From: a virus
Taxonomy: Duplodnaviria > Caudoviricetes
Reading direction: 5' to 3' (one strand)
Virus record (IMG/VR): IMGVR_UViG_3300029305_003192
DNA: 64,000 nt
A program made the translations under genes and the position numbers. The notes under the pieces are model-generated. The model was not told where the DNA came from, did no database searches, and was given only the letters and a program-made list of their open reading frames with translations. How positions within the stretch are numbered: the stretch's first letter is position 1; the number at the start of each line of letters is the position of its first letter. Of this stretch, positions 19,084 through 28,976 are shown in pieces.

Positions 19084-21429
19084 TTGGCTACTATTATAAA
19101 TGATTCCAAGGTCAGGGTATTTAGAGATTATCATCCGGACTTAGATGATGATAATCATAAGCATGTCCCTCCGATGAATTTGGAATCCGATATAGGAACT
19201 ATGTCCAAGGATATGGAACAGGTTGTAGCTACTACTCTTCATGAGCATAAAGAAGCTATGACTGAATTCGATAGAAAGAATAACAAGAAGAAGAAACTGT
19301 ATCAATGGACCACTAGGAATAAAAGCTTCATTGAATTACATAATGACCTTAAGGTACTTGGGGTGAAAAATAATAAATTCTTCCTCAGATTATATGATGA
19401 AACTCTGATGGATATTGACCCCTATGCACTGGTAGTACCACCGGAAATACAGGCTCGTATCATTATCGAATGTATCCGTAACCCATGGTATTTCTTACGA
19501 GAAATATGCCGTATCCCAGTAGATGGTAAACCTATCTGTCCTGGTGGTGGTACATCATTCATTGCCGATAGAAATAATATCGCTACATGGTATCTTTTTT
19601 TGAATGGTATTGACCATTACTCATCAAAGCCTCGTCAGAGAGGTAAGACACAGGACGCCCTTGCTAAACTCAATTATAGCTTCCACTTCGGATGTACATC
19701 TGCGACCATTACATTGGCTAATAAAGACTTCACTCTTAATAAGATGAATCTTAGCCGACTAAAGACCCAAAGAGACATGTTGCCTTTATATCTTCAGATG
19801 AAATTATCTATCGACCAGACCACTGGTAAGGTTGAGAAGGAACAGAATAACGTACTCTCTATGGGTAATCCTATTAACTTTAATAAGATTCAGTTGCTTC
19901 CATCTGCATCTACAAGTGCTAAAGCACAGTCTGTAGGACGAGGTGTTACATCTGCTATCGTAATGTATGATGAGTTTGACTGGATGCCATATAACATGGA
20001 TATCTACTACGCGTCATCATTCTCATATAAGACAGCGTCTGATAATGCTAAGAAGAATATGTCACTCTATGGACGTATATTCACATCTACCCCTGGTAAT
20101 ATGGAAACCAAGGAAGGTCAGAATGCTGATATATTCATCAATGGTGATACTGATAATGATAACCATGGTCGTCCAATGCTCAAGTGGAAGGATAATTACT
20201 TCGACCTTCCTATCGAGAAGCTTAAGAGTATAGTAAACTCTAAATCGTATAACGGTATCGTCTACGTCGAACATACGTGGCAACAGCTTAAGTGCGATAA
20301 TAAATGGTATGAGGAAGCATGTCGAGGTGTTAACTATAACCCTGAGCAGATTGCTCGTGAAATTCTGCTTAAGAGACTTAGGGGTTCTTCCAAGTCACCG
20401 TTTAAGAGAACTCAACTCATGGGACTTCTTAACAATGTCGAGAGTCCTATTGATGAGGTGGACTATACTGATAACCTCTGCCCATTCTTCTTCTATGAGA
20501 AGCTTAATAAGCGAACCCCATACCTTATTGCAATCGACCCCGCTGAAGGTCTCAGCGGAGACAACCTTGCTGTGGTGGGCATAAGCCCGTTTACTGAGAA
20601 GGTAGCATTCGAATTCAAGACCCCATATATCAATCAGACTAAGATGGCTAAAATATTGGTCAAGTTCATGGACAACTTCTGTCCAAGAGGATTGATTATT
20701 ATCGAAAACAACCGAGGACGAGAACTTATCAACCAATTACTTCTTACGAAGTACGCCGACCACTTATGGTATGATACAGATAAGCTTGATAAGAAAGAAA
20801 CTATCAATACAAAAGATCTTGACCCTGAAGCAGAACGAGCGATTGGTTGGAATACTAGTCCGAAAACTCGTCCGATGATGATGGCAACTCTTGAGACTAT
20901 TGTAGTCGAAAGCCCTGAGAAGGCTAATAGTAAATTCGTAGTGGACGATATCTGCTCACTTGAAAGAGTCAATGGTTCTATTAAGGCTGCACCTGGCAAG
21001 CACGACGACGTCGCTTTAGCATTTTCCATGGGTCATACAGTTTATCGTACTGCCACCAATTTAAGTAACTGGGGTATTTATCCGGGCATGAAAGAAGCCC
21101 CGAATCTTGACCCTAGCGACCCACAATATAAAAAGAATGCCCTTGCTGCACTCATGGAATATCTGCCAGATGATCTTAAACAGATATTTGTCAGGGGTGT
21201 TAAGAAGGATGTCAATACTGATAATTCATCGATCAGAAGTAGTATCGAACGTGAAGCTGCTATGATTCATATGCAGGAAGTTGCTAGGAAATCACAGTTT
21301 GATGAAGATGCTGTCGATGAGACGATGATTGATAATGATGAGTTGTATGAAGAGGTATCAATGGATGAATTCTATAACCAGGCGGTATATAATCCAGATG
21401 CTAACCTCGACTTATCAGACTACTTTTAA
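19084..21429 (+). CDS. terL: Terminase large subunit
   Basis: Walker A KPRQRGKT, Walker B VMYDEF, motif III TSTPG, nuclease IDPAEG...HDD. Probable TTG start at 19084 after AGGAGG; late promoter at 19047. Confidence 0.92.
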   Translation: MATIINDSKVRVFRDYHPDLDDDNHKHVPPMNLESDIGTMSKDMEQVVATTLHEHKEAMTEFDRKNNKKKKLYQWTTRNKSFIELHNDLKVLGVKNNKFFLRLYDETLMDIDPYALVVPPEIQARIIIECIRNPWYFLREICRIPVDGKPICPGGGTSFIADRNNIATWYLFLNGIDHYSSKPRQRGKTQDALAKLNYSFHFGCTSATITLANKDFTLNKMNLSRLKTQRDMLPLYLQMKLSIDQTTGKVEKEQNNVLSMGNPINFNKIQLLPSASTSAKAQSVGRGVTSAIVMYDEFDWMPYNMDIYYASSFSYKTASDNAKKNMSLYGRIFTSTPGNMETKEGQNADIFINGDTDNDNHGRPMLKWKDNYFDLPIEKLKSIVNSKSYNGIVYVEHTWQQLKCDNKWYEEACRGVNYNPEQIAREILLKRLRGSSKSPFKRTQLMGLLNNVESPIDEVDYTDNLCPFFFYEKLNKRTPYLIAIDPAEGLSGDNLAVVGISPFTEKVAFEFKTPYINQTKMAKILVKFMDNFCPRGLIIIENNRGRELINQLLLTKYADHLWYDTDKLDKKETINTKDLDPEAERAIGWNTSPKTRPMMMATLETIVVESPEKANSKFVVDDICSLERVNGSIKAAPGKHDDVALAFSMGHTVYRTATNLSNWGIYPGMKEAPNLDPSDPQYKKNALAALMEYLPDDLKQIFVRGVKKDVNTDNSSIRSSIEREAAMIHMQEVARKSQFDEDAVDETMIDNDELYEEVSMDEFYNQAVYNPDANLDLSDYF

Positions 21430-21499
21430 TTTCAATATCTCTATTAACATGCCTATAAATTAATCATTCTATAATGTGAAGAAAGTCGGTGGATAAATA

Positions 21500-22264
21500 A
21501 TGTATGATGATTACTCAATGGACGGTATTGAAGACCTTCTTGATTTCTTCGATACCGAACGAACTGCCAAAACTATCGAGCAGCAGATAATGACCGATGA
21601 GTTCGGTCTTGATGCACCGATCGACTATTATAGGCCATACTATACCAAGTTTAAAACACTTGAAGTTGATATCGATAATGGTATCACCGAAAGTATGGTA
21701 TCTACTTGCCGCCATAAGGCAAAAGTAATTGCATTGATGTTTATTGAAGCAATACTGAAGAAGTTCAATCTTCATATCGATGAATTCTGGATTGATAATA
21801 TGGATGAAGCTCAGTTACAGGGTGTCACCATTGTACTCTATGATTTCTTCATACTTCATTTACGTGAATATCTCCTCGAGGTAATCACGCGTTACATTGA
21901 TGCTAACAGTAAGATGCTTGCGGACCAGTTCGAGCATAATCCTAGAATTGCTCGCGATGCATCTCTTTCTGCATTCCTCAAAGTCGTTGATGAGGACTAT
22001 GCGGTTATCGGAGCAAACGTTTATGATGTGTGCTTCCTGACCCTTAATAATCTCAACGAGATTGAATATATCAATCATATCAATGCAGATAACGAAATCC
22101 AACCACATATTAAAAGATTCTTCGAAGAGGGTAAAATCTCCGGTAACTTCATCGATGTTCTCGAGCAGATGATGGCTGATGTTTCAAACGGTCTTAAGAG
22201 CCATATGGGATTCGAAATCGTTGCTTATATTAAGAGAGCTCATGCTAAGAATCTTAATCATTAA
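21500..22264 (+). CDS. Hypothetical protein (254 aa)
   Basis: Late promoter at 21446; long ORF. Confidence 0.75.
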   Translation: MYDDYSMDGIEDLLDFFDTERTAKTIEQQIMTDEFGLDAPIDYYRPYYTKFKTLEVDIDNGITESMVSTCRHKAKVIALMFIEAILKKFNLHIDEFWIDNMDEAQLQGVTIVLYDFFILHLREYLLEVITRYIDANSKMLADQFEHNPRIARDASLSAFLKVVDEDYAVIGANVYDVCFLTLNNLNEIEYINHINADNEIQPHIKRFFEEGKISGNFIDVLEQMMADVSNGLKSHMGFEIVAYIKRAHAKNLNH

Positions 22265-22276
22265 TGAAAGGACTGA

Positions 22277-22582
22277 ATGAATATGGCTAGAGCTACTATT
22301 CAGAACATCTTCACTCAGCGTGAAGTAATCCATAAGCTCAGAGTCGAATCAGATAATCTCGATAACACTACACGTCAGATGGCTGATGACTACTGTGATA
22401 TGGTTGCACAGATTCGTAAGAGGACCATCAGTAACCCAAATTCTACTACAGTGAAGTATGCTGGTAATCCTAACAAACTCGGGCTCGTATCCAAAGTTTC
22501 TTCAGTAGGAACTATCAATACATTCCCTGAACTGATTCAGTATGCTGAGAAGGTTATTAAACTTATCAAGAATGCTAAGTGA
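22277..22582 (+). CDS. Hypothetical protein (101 aa)
   Basis: In operon with flanking genes; codon usage like neighbours. Confidence 0.7.
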   Translation: MNMARATIQNIFTQREVIHKLRVESDNLDNTTRQMADDYCDMVAQIRKRTISNPNSTTVKYAGNPNKLGLVSKVSSVGTINTFPELIQYAEKVIKLIKNAK

Positions 22583-22616
22583 TAACTAAACTTAATTTCA
22601 TAGGAGGACTACCAAC

Positions 22617-23888
22617 ATGCAGGAAACTAATGAAGCACGCGGGCTGACAGAGCCCGTTAATACACAAATGGAGGAGACCGAGACAGCTACCGCTGCTATG
22701 TGTCTCGATGACCCGAAAGATATTCCAACGGTTGAGTTGACTACCACAAATGATAAGCTGGTAATCACTCATGATAATCCGCTGGTTGAAGCGGTTCTCA
22801 GAAAAGCTTATGAGAACGGTATTCCAGTTGAAGTAGTTAAGGATGTCGAAGACGTCGTTAACGAATTCAGCAAGAAGACTAAGATTGAGCTCGTTATGGC
22901 TAAGAGAGAAATCGAAAATTATAATGGTCTCAAGGAACTTGCAGCAGGACTTGCGGAATCAAGTAAGTCGATGTCAGCAACATCCAAGGCACTTACGGAT
23001 TTCATTGAACCGAATTTCAATTTCGATGAAAACGAGAACGAATCCGACGCTGCCGAGAGTATTGAAGAGCCGGAATCTGAACCTGAGGACGAACTTGCTA
23101 ACGAGATTGATGGTATGTATAAGACTCTTGAGAACGATATTGCAATCGCTAATATTGCATACGATGTCGTTTATCAGAAGTATATGGAAGACCATCCAAA
23201 TACCACCGTATATGATGACCTTCTTGAGAAGCTTCTGAAGGATAAGGCAACTCTTGAGTCCGGTAATAATATTAATGCACCAAAGCTCATTGCATGCATC
23301 GATGATGTTATTGCTTGTATGCAGAAGAATGACCTCGAGGCACTCCTCGTACCATTCCATACAAAGACTGATAATCAGAAGAGACTTCGTATTCTTGCGA
23401 AGGAACTTATCAATGTCAAGCGTCCAGTTTACCGTGACCTCGAGACTATCGGTATTACTCAGGAGCATATCGTGAAGTTTATTAACTTCTTTATTACCGA
23501 GGCAAACTTCCGTGAGACATATGCAACGGGACCTATTGGTTTCCCAGATACACGTCTTATTCCAAACATCTGTCTCTTCTTCTTATATCATCTCTGTAAG
23601 ATTATTACTAACTCTCGTAAGAGAGCTACATATGAGACTCTTAAGTATCGTCTCGCATTCATGCATGTCATTGACGTAGTGGATACGTATCCATCCACTA
23701 CCAAGACATTCACTGAGAACAGATTCATTGGTGATGCAACTAATGAGAATGCTGAGCCTACAGAGCTCTCAATTGCTCGTGCAAAGGTATATGATACATT
23801 CGTACCACTTCTTATGAAGTACTTTGGTGCGATGAATGACCAGACATTGGTTAAGTATTCAGTAGCACAGGCAAGAAAGACAAAGTAA
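22617..23888 (+). CDS. Hypothetical protein (423 aa)
   Basis: AGGAGG SD; acidic N-terminal half. Confidence 0.8.
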   Translation: MQETNEARGLTEPVNTQMEETETATAAMCLDDPKDIPTVELTTTNDKLVITHDNPLVEAVLRKAYENGIPVEVVKDVEDVVNEFSKKTKIELVMAKREIENYNGLKELAAGLAESSKSMSATSKALTDFIEPNFNFDENENESDAAESIEEPESEPEDELANEIDGMYKTLENDIAIANIAYDVVYQKYMEDHPNTTVYDDLLEKLLKDKATLESGNNINAPKLIACIDDVIACMQKNDLEALLVPFHTKTDNQKRLRILAKELINVKRPVYRDLETIGITQEHIVKFINFFITEANFRETYATGPIGFPDTRLIPNICLFFLYHLCKIITNSRKRATYETLKYRLAFMHVIDVVDTYPSTTKTFTENRFIGDATNENAEPTELSIARAKVYDTFVPLLMKYFGAMNDQTLVKYSVAQARKTK

Positions 23889-23892
23889 AAAT

Positions 23893-23927
23893 ATTATCCC
23901 ATTACCCTTCAAGGGTAATGGGATAAT
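23893..23927. repeat. Palindrome family member / terminator
   Basis: ATTATCCCATTACCCTT-C-AAGGGTAATGGGATAAT. Confidence 0.8.
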
Positions 23928-23933
23928 TTATGC

Positions 23934-23973
23934 CGTGATTTTAGAGATAAGTGCATATATATTATATTAGTAG
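23934..23973 (+). promoter_or_regulatory. Early-type phage promoter
   Basis: CGTGATTT-N14-TATATATTATATTAGTAG. Confidence 0.7.
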
Positions 23974-23985
23974 CAATAAAGGAAG

Positions 23986-24051
23986 TATCGCTAAGTTATA
24001 GGGCACTTAGCGACGTATAAAATAGCCCTTCATACTGGAGGTAATAGTATG
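23986..24051 (+). promoter_or_regulatory. Structured 5' leader (pseudoknot + SD/ATG hairpin), copy 2
   Basis: Matches 11043-11092 except for one A; CATACT/AGTATG hairpin. Confidence 0.75.
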
Positions 24052-24336
24052 AAAGAATCCGTTGTTACAAGAACCGTAATATTTGTCAATCCAGAAAGAT
24101 TGACATTCGACACATCTATCAAAGATGTGTTGAAAAAGACAGGAAACGCGTTTGTGCAGTTACTTGATAACGAAGATAACGTAGCTGATACGGCGCGTGC
24201 GATTCGAGCAAACCTCGCAGATCATACATCTGCAGGAAAGAGCCCGGTTAATGTTGTGCTTTCCGGATTCGACTACGACCCGGAAATTCTCGAGGCAATC
24301 GAGAAAAATGGTTGTAAGCTTATCTGGGCTTGCTAA
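24049..24336 (+). CDS. Hypothetical accessory protein (95 aa), small alpha/beta fold
   Basis: GGAGG SD, own promoter and terminator, and the same leader as acrIII-1. Confidence 0.75.
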   Translation: MKESVVTRTVIFVNPERLTFDTSIKDVLKKTGNAFVQLLDNEDNVADTARAIRANLADHTSAGKSPVNVVLSGFDYDPEILEAIEKNGCKLIWAC

Positions 24337-24342
24337 ATAATT

Positions 24343-24409
24343 AAACAGCACCGCCAAGTAATCATACTTGGCGGTTTTGGAATTACCTTGGCGGTGCTGT
24401 TTTTTTTTT
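24343..24409. terminator. Terminator with alternative nested hairpins
   Basis: AAACAGCACCGCCAAG...CTTGGCGGTGCTGTTT followed by a T-tract, with a second internal CTTGGCGG copy. Confidence 0.7.
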
Positions 24410-25421
24410 ATACTTCCTTGTAGATATAATGTCTCTGAAGGTGGTCAACTGCGGTATTTGCACGATAGTTAATCTCGAATTGGATATCATTCGGATTTTC
24501 AGGAACTGGGTAATCCGGGATAGGTTCACCATCCTGGTCTACCGCATATACATTCCAGTCCTCAGTATTAGTATTAAACTCGGCGACTAAATCGACATGC
24601 TGGCCTTCATACTTAAGATACTTATCGCCATCATTACCGGCTCTCTTACTGTCATAATCTTCAGAGTACTGCTCGCCGATATCATCCATTGAATCATTAT
24701 CATCTTCATCATAATCTGCACCGGAGAATTCTTCACGTCCTCCAACATCTCCGATGAGGTGCTGGTGACCCATACCGAAGAGCTGCTGCATGATATTGTT
24801 AGTAATAAGAGATTCATCTGTACCACCAACATTCTTATCGAGCTTAGCTTTAAGCTCAATCTTAGTCTTTGCGATATTATTGAGTTCTTTGAGTACACTC
24901 ACTCTTGCAGTATGAAGTGATGTCTTCTGCCCGGCAAGTTCGGCCGTCTTAATAGCAGAACGGTTAAATCCTGTACCGCGGAGATTCTCGAGGTCTTTCT
25001 CGAGCTTAGCACTATCCTTATGCATTTCTGCGAGGATGTTACGAAGCTCCTGCTCATTAGCAGCAAACGCTCTGTCAATCTCGTTTTCACTTTCAGATAC
25101 GGCGTTAGTTCGTGCATATTTACGACCCATACCGATGAGTGCAGACTTGAGTTCAAGATCCTCATCATCTACGTCGATAGTATCAATCAATGCATCGAAG
25201 TCCTCTTCCTGAAGACCTCCATACTTAGCAAGTTTCTTATCAAGGTCATCCAGAAGTAACTTAGGGTCGTCAATGCTGGTATGTGATTCTGAATCGAGAA
25301 ACTTTGGAAGTTTCTTTGATTTTTTATCTTTCTTAGGTGTAACTACTTCGACTTCAGGAGCATCTCCTGAGAGGGATGATGATGCAACGAGTTGTCGAAG
25401 TCCATCCAATGTACTACTCAT
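24408..25421 (-). CDS. Hypothetical protein (coiled-coil, acidic)
   Basis: Start MSSTLDG at 25421 (SD AAGGAGG); late promoter at 25451-25463 (minus). Confidence 0.75.
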   Translation of the reverse strand: MSSTLDGLRQLVASSSLSGDAPEVEVVTPKKDKKSKKLPKFLDSESHTSIDDPKLLLDDLDKKLAKYGGLQEEDFDALIDTIDVDDEDLELKSALIGMGRKYARTNAVSESENEIDRAFAANEQELRNILAEMHKDSAKLEKDLENLRGTGFNRSAIKTAELAGQKTSLHTARVSVLKELNNIAKTKIELKAKLDKNVGGTDESLITNNIMQQLFGMGHQHLIGDVGGREEFSGADYDEDDNDSMDDIGEQYSEDYDSKRAGNDGDKYLKYEGQHVDLVAEFNTNTEDWNVYAVDQDGEPIPDYPVPENPNDIQFEINYRANTAVDHLQRHYIYKEV

Positions 25422-25565
25422 GATTGATTCCTCCTTATGAAATAAAATCATTAGACGGTTGTTTTCGGATGCTATTTCGTCAGAAGTTATGAGAGTATAT
25501 ATCATAGTGCAGTATAATACGGTTGCCACTGAACCGGTAAAAGTGGCTTGGCGAAAGGAGTACTT

Positions 25566-26336
25566 ATGATTAGAGTTATTAAGAATGCGTCTGAATTAGA
25601 GACGAATATTCCCGGTATACGCAGCGAGAATGCTAAACGGTATTATTGTGATTATGCCATGGATCCATGGTCATCATCAGAGTTTATGTCCAGTGAAGAA
25701 ATTCAGATTGGAGATAATGAATATCAGATACGTTTTATATCTGAGATAGAATTCACGAATTACGGAATCGATATAAACGATATAACCGAGATATATACTG
25801 AATTGGTGTTGTTGAAGAGGGCTAAGACCAGGGGTCAGGATCACTTATATTTAGTGGTACGAGATAAGCAAACAGACATACCCATTGGTGTAGTACTGCT
25901 CAACGTATTTTTATCACAGGAGGATGAGGATGGTATACCTGATTTCGACGCATTGATTGATGTCAGTATCGGTACTTGCTGTGAAGCATATGTCGTACGC
26001 GAAATAGACAATATTCGCACATTAATGGGTAAAGGTATGATAAACGAGGCAGCAGTGGTAGTGGCATATAATATGGTATTAGCATTGAAAGAACTGCATG
26101 TTAAACTGCGACTTGCTGATAATGATAAAGAATTCGATATTAATTATGAGCCGACAATCGACGACCTTACGGAATTCGTATCCATATATCAGGGATTCCT
26201 TAAGTCTGAACTTAAGAGGTTGGGTATCATTACGGCTCCCACCCAATATGAGAAGGACATCATAAATCTTGTCGATAATATCATGAATGCAGTCAATGAT
26301 TCAGAATATGTAAAATGGAGGAAGAAACATCCATGA
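25566..26336 (+). CDS. Hypothetical protein
   Basis: TATATATCAT motif at 25496; SD AAGGAG; ATGA overlap with the polymerase gene. Confidence 0.75.
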   Translation: MIRVIKNASELETNIPGIRSENAKRYYCDYAMDPWSSSEFMSSEEIQIGDNEYQIRFISEIEFTNYGIDINDITEIYTELVLLKRAKTRGQDHLYLVVRDKQTDIPIGVVLLNVFLSQEDEDGIPDFDALIDVSIGTCCEAYVVREIDNIRTLMGKGMINEAAVVVAYNMVLALKELHVKLRLADNDKEFDINYEPTIDDLTEFVSIYQGFLKSELKRLGIITAPTQYEKDIINLVDNIMNAVNDSEYVKWRKKHP

Positions 26337-28213
26337 GATTTTTAGGAAATGAAGCTGAAGGGCGTCACGTGATGCCCTTATCAATCATTTATGATAACCC
26401 ACGAGAGGCATCAGATATGTTGATGATTCTTTATAAGGACATCGATACCGGTGAGAAGTTCGTCAAGAATATCGAGAATCCTGAAATTGACATCTATATT
26501 GTCAAGGAGCAATATAGAAACCAGAGCCCAGCTGAAAATCCGCTTAATATGGACGGTTCATATCGTCCCGACTTCTATATGAAAGACCAGTGCGATGTGG
26601 TTAGGGTTAAGTATCGTAAGCGAAAGTATGCGGCTGCGAAAATACTCGGTATATCACCGGAAGATGTTGATGCTTCACCATATGTCGGCGGAACCGATAT
26701 GGATATACGTCATTGGTACTTTGTAGAATTCTTACATGAATACAGTAATGATTTGCCAAAGCCTATTAGCGTAGGATACTACGATATCGAAGCCGATACC
26801 AGAGGTTATGGTACTAATGAATTCGGTGATAATTATGGTAAATTCCCAATTACTGCAATCACTTATATATCAGACGTTCGAAACCAGGTATATGTATTCG
26901 TCCTCAATTGTCCGGAGTTCGGAAGAATGGATGAGATTATAAATAATACCGAAGGTTTGCGTCGAGAGATGCACGAAGAGTTTGATGAGAAGTTCGGTAC
27001 CATGGAGTATAACATCGTTATATTCGATAAAGAAATCGAAATGATAAACGCGTTTTGGGCATTGGTAAAGGCTGTTGAAGACGACTTCACCCTCGCGTGG
27101 AACGCACCATTCGATATCGGTAACCTGACATATCGACCAGCCGAACTGGGATATGACCCAGTATCAATTATTCATGACCCACGATTTGCTCGTAAGGTCG
27201 TGATATTCAATGAAGACAGAGCGACATTCGTTGCACATAAGAAGAGACATAAGATAACCTATACATTACCTACTATCCTGGACGACCACATGCGTATATA
27301 TTCCGGTGTCAGATCAGCTAGAGGTAAGCTTCCTAGTACAGCACTCGATAAAGTTGCTAAACGTGAGAAGATAGGTGGAAAGAAGACATATGAGGGTGAC
27401 ATCAACCAGTTCATGCTCACTAACTTCTGGGATTATATTATCTACAACGTTAACGACGTTCATTTGATGAGAGCTATCAATAATAAGGTCAATGATACTG
27501 GAGACATTTATTCACGTATGCTTAACTCAGGCGTGTCGAATGATGAGGTATTCGTATCCACTACTATCTGGGCACAGTATATCAAGAATGACCTCGAATC
27601 AAAACGTGGTAGATTCTTGGCTAATAATAAGAATAAATTCCTGGCAAAGACCCAAGAAATTATCGAGTATGGCTTCGACAGTGATGCTGTTGATGAAGAT
27701 GATGGAGACGATGAGGATGAATCCGATGAATGTCTCCAGGAGGTGCTCGGGGCTATTGCAGACCAGCAGAACCTTATCGATGAGAAGACGGGTAAGAAGA
27801 AGAAATTCGCAGGTGCTATAGTACTCGATACCCGTCGTACCAGATATACAGGTACTAAGATTAATGGTATGGAGTGCAACTTCGTACATCGACATGCCAT
27901 AGACCAGGATATCACATCCGAGTATCCTACAGCAATCACTATCAGTAACCAGTCAAATGATACATTCGTTGGAAAGATTTATGTCGACGATGCCGATGAA
28001 ATCAAACTCCCGTTCTATGAGCAATATAGCTTCTTGGATAATAAAGACGCTAGCGAATATAAGTGCAACAAGGCTGCACTTATGCTCGAGACAGCTATCC
28101 AGGGCGACTATATGATGGTAGGCGAGATAGCATTAGGATTACCTAAGTTGGCTGACTTAGAGAAGATGGTTATAAACATGGCCGGAGATAAACTTACGAA
28201 GGGAGATAAATAA
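26333..28213 (+). CDS. polB: Family B DNA polymerase, exonuclease + motif A half of a split enzyme
   Basis: ExoI YYDIEAD, ExoII WNAPFD, ExoIII YNVND, KFAGAIV and motif A DQDITSEYP. Confidence 0.88.
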   Translation: MRFLGNEAEGRHVMPLSIIYDNPREASDMLMILYKDIDTGEKFVKNIENPEIDIYIVKEQYRNQSPAENPLNMDGSYRPDFYMKDQCDVVRVKYRKRKYAAAKILGISPEDVDASPYVGGTDMDIRHWYFVEFLHEYSNDLPKPISVGYYDIEADTRGYGTNEFGDNYGKFPITAITYISDVRNQVYVFVLNCPEFGRMDEIINNTEGLRREMHEEFDEKFGTMEYNIVIFDKEIEMINAFWALVKAVEDDFTLAWNAPFDIGNLTYRPAELGYDPVSIIHDPRFARKVVIFNEDRATFVAHKKRHKITYTLPTILDDHMRIYSGVRSARGKLPSTALDKVAKREKIGGKKTYEGDINQFMLTNFWDYIIYNVNDVHLMRAINNKVNDTGDIYSRMLNSGVSNDEVFVSTTIWAQYIKNDLESKRGRFLANNKNKFLAKTQEIIEYGFDSDAVDEDDGDDEDESDECLQEVLGAIADQQNLIDEKTGKKKKFAGAIVLDTRRTRYTGTKINGMECNFVHRHAIDQDITSEYPTAITISNQSNDTFVGKIYVDDADEIKLPFYEQYSFLDNKDASEYKCNKAALMLETAIQGDYMMVGEIALGLPKLADLEKMVINMAGDKLTKGDK

Positions 28214-28215
28214 TC

Positions 28216-28905
28216 ATGGCATATAAGTTGACATTCCCACTTGATGAATTTAAGAAGATGAATTCGATGCTCACAGAGTACTACTCAGAGTATTTCATTG
28301 ATGATAAATCAGGATTGATTATGGGTACAAGTTTGAACGAGTATGCGTTTAATATAGCTACCATATCTCCCGATCTTTTATCAAAGTTATCTCTGGGCTC
28401 AGTTCTTCTTCATCCTAATTACATGCGTAAGCAAGTGGGTGACCTTAAGAAGACAATGACATACGTGTACAATGACAATGATGTATTCCGTGTGTATGAA
28501 TTCGAGGATAAGATAAAAGATATACCAGATATGACCAAGGGCAAATTGGTAGTATCGTTAATTCATCATGAAGAGAACTCTATGGATGCAAATGCTATTC
28601 ATATGCGAGATATTACCAACAGGATTAAGCCGTATGGCGAATATCTGAATCAGCATCTGGAATTCGAAGATATTCCACGACCATACTACATGTCTCAGTT
28701 TATAGCTAACGATATATTATCTCTGGAAGACGATGATGGTGGTCATCTTATAGTAACACGTCAGATGTTTCCAAAGTATCAAAGGGTTGATGGTATTTCG
28801 TGGACGTCCGTCAATCTAGATGATGAGTTCCGATTGGGTATATTTGAGACAAAACACCCCATTCTAACGATGTATACATTCGTCAAGTATCTACGAGGCA
28901 TTTAA
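28216..28905 (+). CDS. Hypothetical protein (229 aa)
   Basis: Closely follows the polymerase gene. Confidence 0.75.
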   Translation: MAYKLTFPLDEFKKMNSMLTEYYSEYFIDDKSGLIMGTSLNEYAFNIATISPDLLSKLSLGSVLLHPNYMRKQVGDLKKTMTYVYNDNDVFRVYEFEDKIKDIPDMTKGKLVVSLIHHEENSMDANAIHMRDITNRIKPYGEYLNQHLEFEDIPRPYYMSQFIANDILSLEDDDGGHLIVTRQMFPKYQRVDGISWTSVNLDDEFRLGIFETKHPILTMYTFVKYLRGI

Positions 28906-28910
28906 TTAAT

Positions 28911-28937
28911 ATCCCATTACCATTATGGTAATGGGAT
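28911..28937. repeat. Palindrome family member
   Basis: ATCCCATTACCAT-T-ATGGTAATGGGAT. Confidence 0.75.
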
Positions 28938-28976
28938 GAACTATTCAAGCATGACCCATAACAGGAGGTAAAAGTT

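Noticed and set aside
19084-21429. Intron or intein in terminase or polymerase, as is common in AR9-like phages
   Set aside because: Motifs are contiguous with normal spacing, and no intein termini or homing endonuclease motifs are seen.
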